Positions 62,441-64,000 of a DNA stretch of 64,000 nt are shown here, one piece after another (position 1 is the stretch's first letter; each line of letters begins with the position of its first letter). Under the pieces are notes generated by a model. The model made no database searches and was not told where the DNA came from. It saw only the letters and a list, made by a program, of their open reading frames with translations. This stretch comes from Octopus bimaculoides. Lineage: Eukaryota. The stretch is taken from the NCBI RefSeq assembly GCF_001194135.2, contig NC_068993.1, positions 15,836,383 to 15,900,382 on the forward strand, read 5' to 3'. A program made the position numbers and the translations under genes.

Positions 62441-64000
62441 AATGCTTGTTACGCTTATTGCTAGTATTTCAACATCTATTTTTCCCTCCAATTATATTGG
62501 CTTTGGTTTCTGTTCAGAAATTGTTAGCTGTATTTTGTAATTAGTATCAATTATTTATATGCGGCCCTGCTGGCTTAATGAGTTTAATCAGTCATATGAA
62601 ACGCAAATGAAACATAGTCTCCTTTGTATTTATTTATCGTCGCCATATAAACGAATCACTAGACTACAATAAGAGAACAACCTACCTCAGTACATGTGCG
62701 CGCGCGCGCGCGTGTGCGTGCATGTGCGCGTGTCTGTCAGTTTGTATTATAACTGAGAGTCTGGATAAGCTTGGATTTCCAAGGAAAAGTATCAACCGGG
62801 TAACTCACCCATTACAAATATAATCTGCAAGTGGAACGGCAAAAATATGCAAAACTTTTTTTTAGTTTAAAATGTGACATGGTTTTTGTCTACATTCCAA
62901 TGGCAGAGCTTTTAAATTTTTGTTAGAAACCAGTTATTTTCTCAGCGGAAGAACCTAAATAATCAAAAACAAAAGGGAACATACACACATACATACATAC
63001 ATACATATGTGATGGAGTGTAAGCCGCTTCGAAGCTTTTACACTTATACGCAACGGAAACGAATCCAAAATCTCATCATTGGGGGAAAATAAGCTACTTA
63101 ACCACACAGACCTATGTGTTCCTATGGCGTTATATCCTTTCTTGCCATCCCCGCTGTTATTATTGTTGCTTAGGTCTATATTTTTGATTAATGAATCGCG
63201 TTCTAGGCATACCCATTCCGTTATTCCTTTTTTCAGATATATAATCGAAGTCTACATTATACTATTTCTCTTTCCATATTTTATGATGATAAATTGATAT
63301 ATTCGATGTTAAAGGAGATATGTCTGCAACGACTAGATCAATTGACCTTGGAGAGATGGAAAGGTCTGCTGTATTGGTTTCTACTTGCAAGATTCTTTTG
63401 TTTTTCTTATATTTCTCACAAATAATAGGCGTAGTAAAGGCTTAATCGGTTATGTACTGTGATTTGTGTATTCACCAAAATACTTTATCCACGGCACAAC
63501 CATAATATGTGGCAATTGCCAAAGTATGGTGACTAATCTGGGATAATATCTCTCGCTTAGTTTTTAATATTGTGATTAATGTAAATGGAAAACTATCTTG
63601 CAATGTGTGTTTTTTTTTTTGTTTCTTTGCATTGCATCTTCCAAAGCTATTTAGAAATTGTCAGCAGAACTTGCGTTACGAAATAGTCTTGGAGTGTCTC
63701 TTTATTCATATTCCACAGAAGCGAGCAATTCTCACGTTTGGTATTCAGAACTCGGAGAATTTGTTTAATAAAAGTGCTTGTCCATAGACATACTGCATTG
63801 CATACACATGAAAGATCTTATCACCTGGTTGTCCTCTTTTAAAATTTAGCTAAGCATCATTTCTTTAATACTGTTCTTACAACAAATTTCTCGAAACATC
63901 GGCAGCAGTGAGGAACGTCTGTCTTTGATTTTTTTTTTGTATGTTTATGTTCTTCTCTATCAGTTTCCATCACAATTGTTCTTTGTCCTACATTGAGACG

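Overview
Repeat-dense, AT-rich eukaryotic non-coding DNA from a short-read draft assembly. It has 28 N-gaps totalling roughly 8.7 kb by hand count, most abutting (TA)n/(CT)n/(TG)n microsatellites. The SINE families present look like the tRNA-derived octopus SINEs (OK/OR-type), so the source is most likely an Octopus genome (inference from recall, no search run). No intact protein-coding gene, tRNA, rRNA or CRISPR array can be supported; nearly all ORFs in the supplied track are translated microsatellites or N-runs. Recognisable content: (i) about 30 full or partial copies of several tRNA-headed SINE families, many with clear target-site duplications (TSDs) and one nested insertion; (ii) two Penelope-like element (PLE) relics, one decayed RT plus GIY-YIG copy at 41.9-42.9 kb and one young fold-back fragment at 60.0-60.4 kb; (iii) a Tc1/mariner transposase relic with one terminal inverted repeat (TIR) and a 218-bp mariner deletion derivative with both TIRs; (iv) a candidate solo LTR, tandem Helitron-like heads and hammerhead-ribozyme-like motifs; (v) isolated splice-site-bounded exon candidates that I cannot assign to a gene. 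The most unusual observation is the PLE palindrome at 60006-60370, whose two arms differ only by synonymous substitutions plus one indel. I found no convincing novel multi-gene system.
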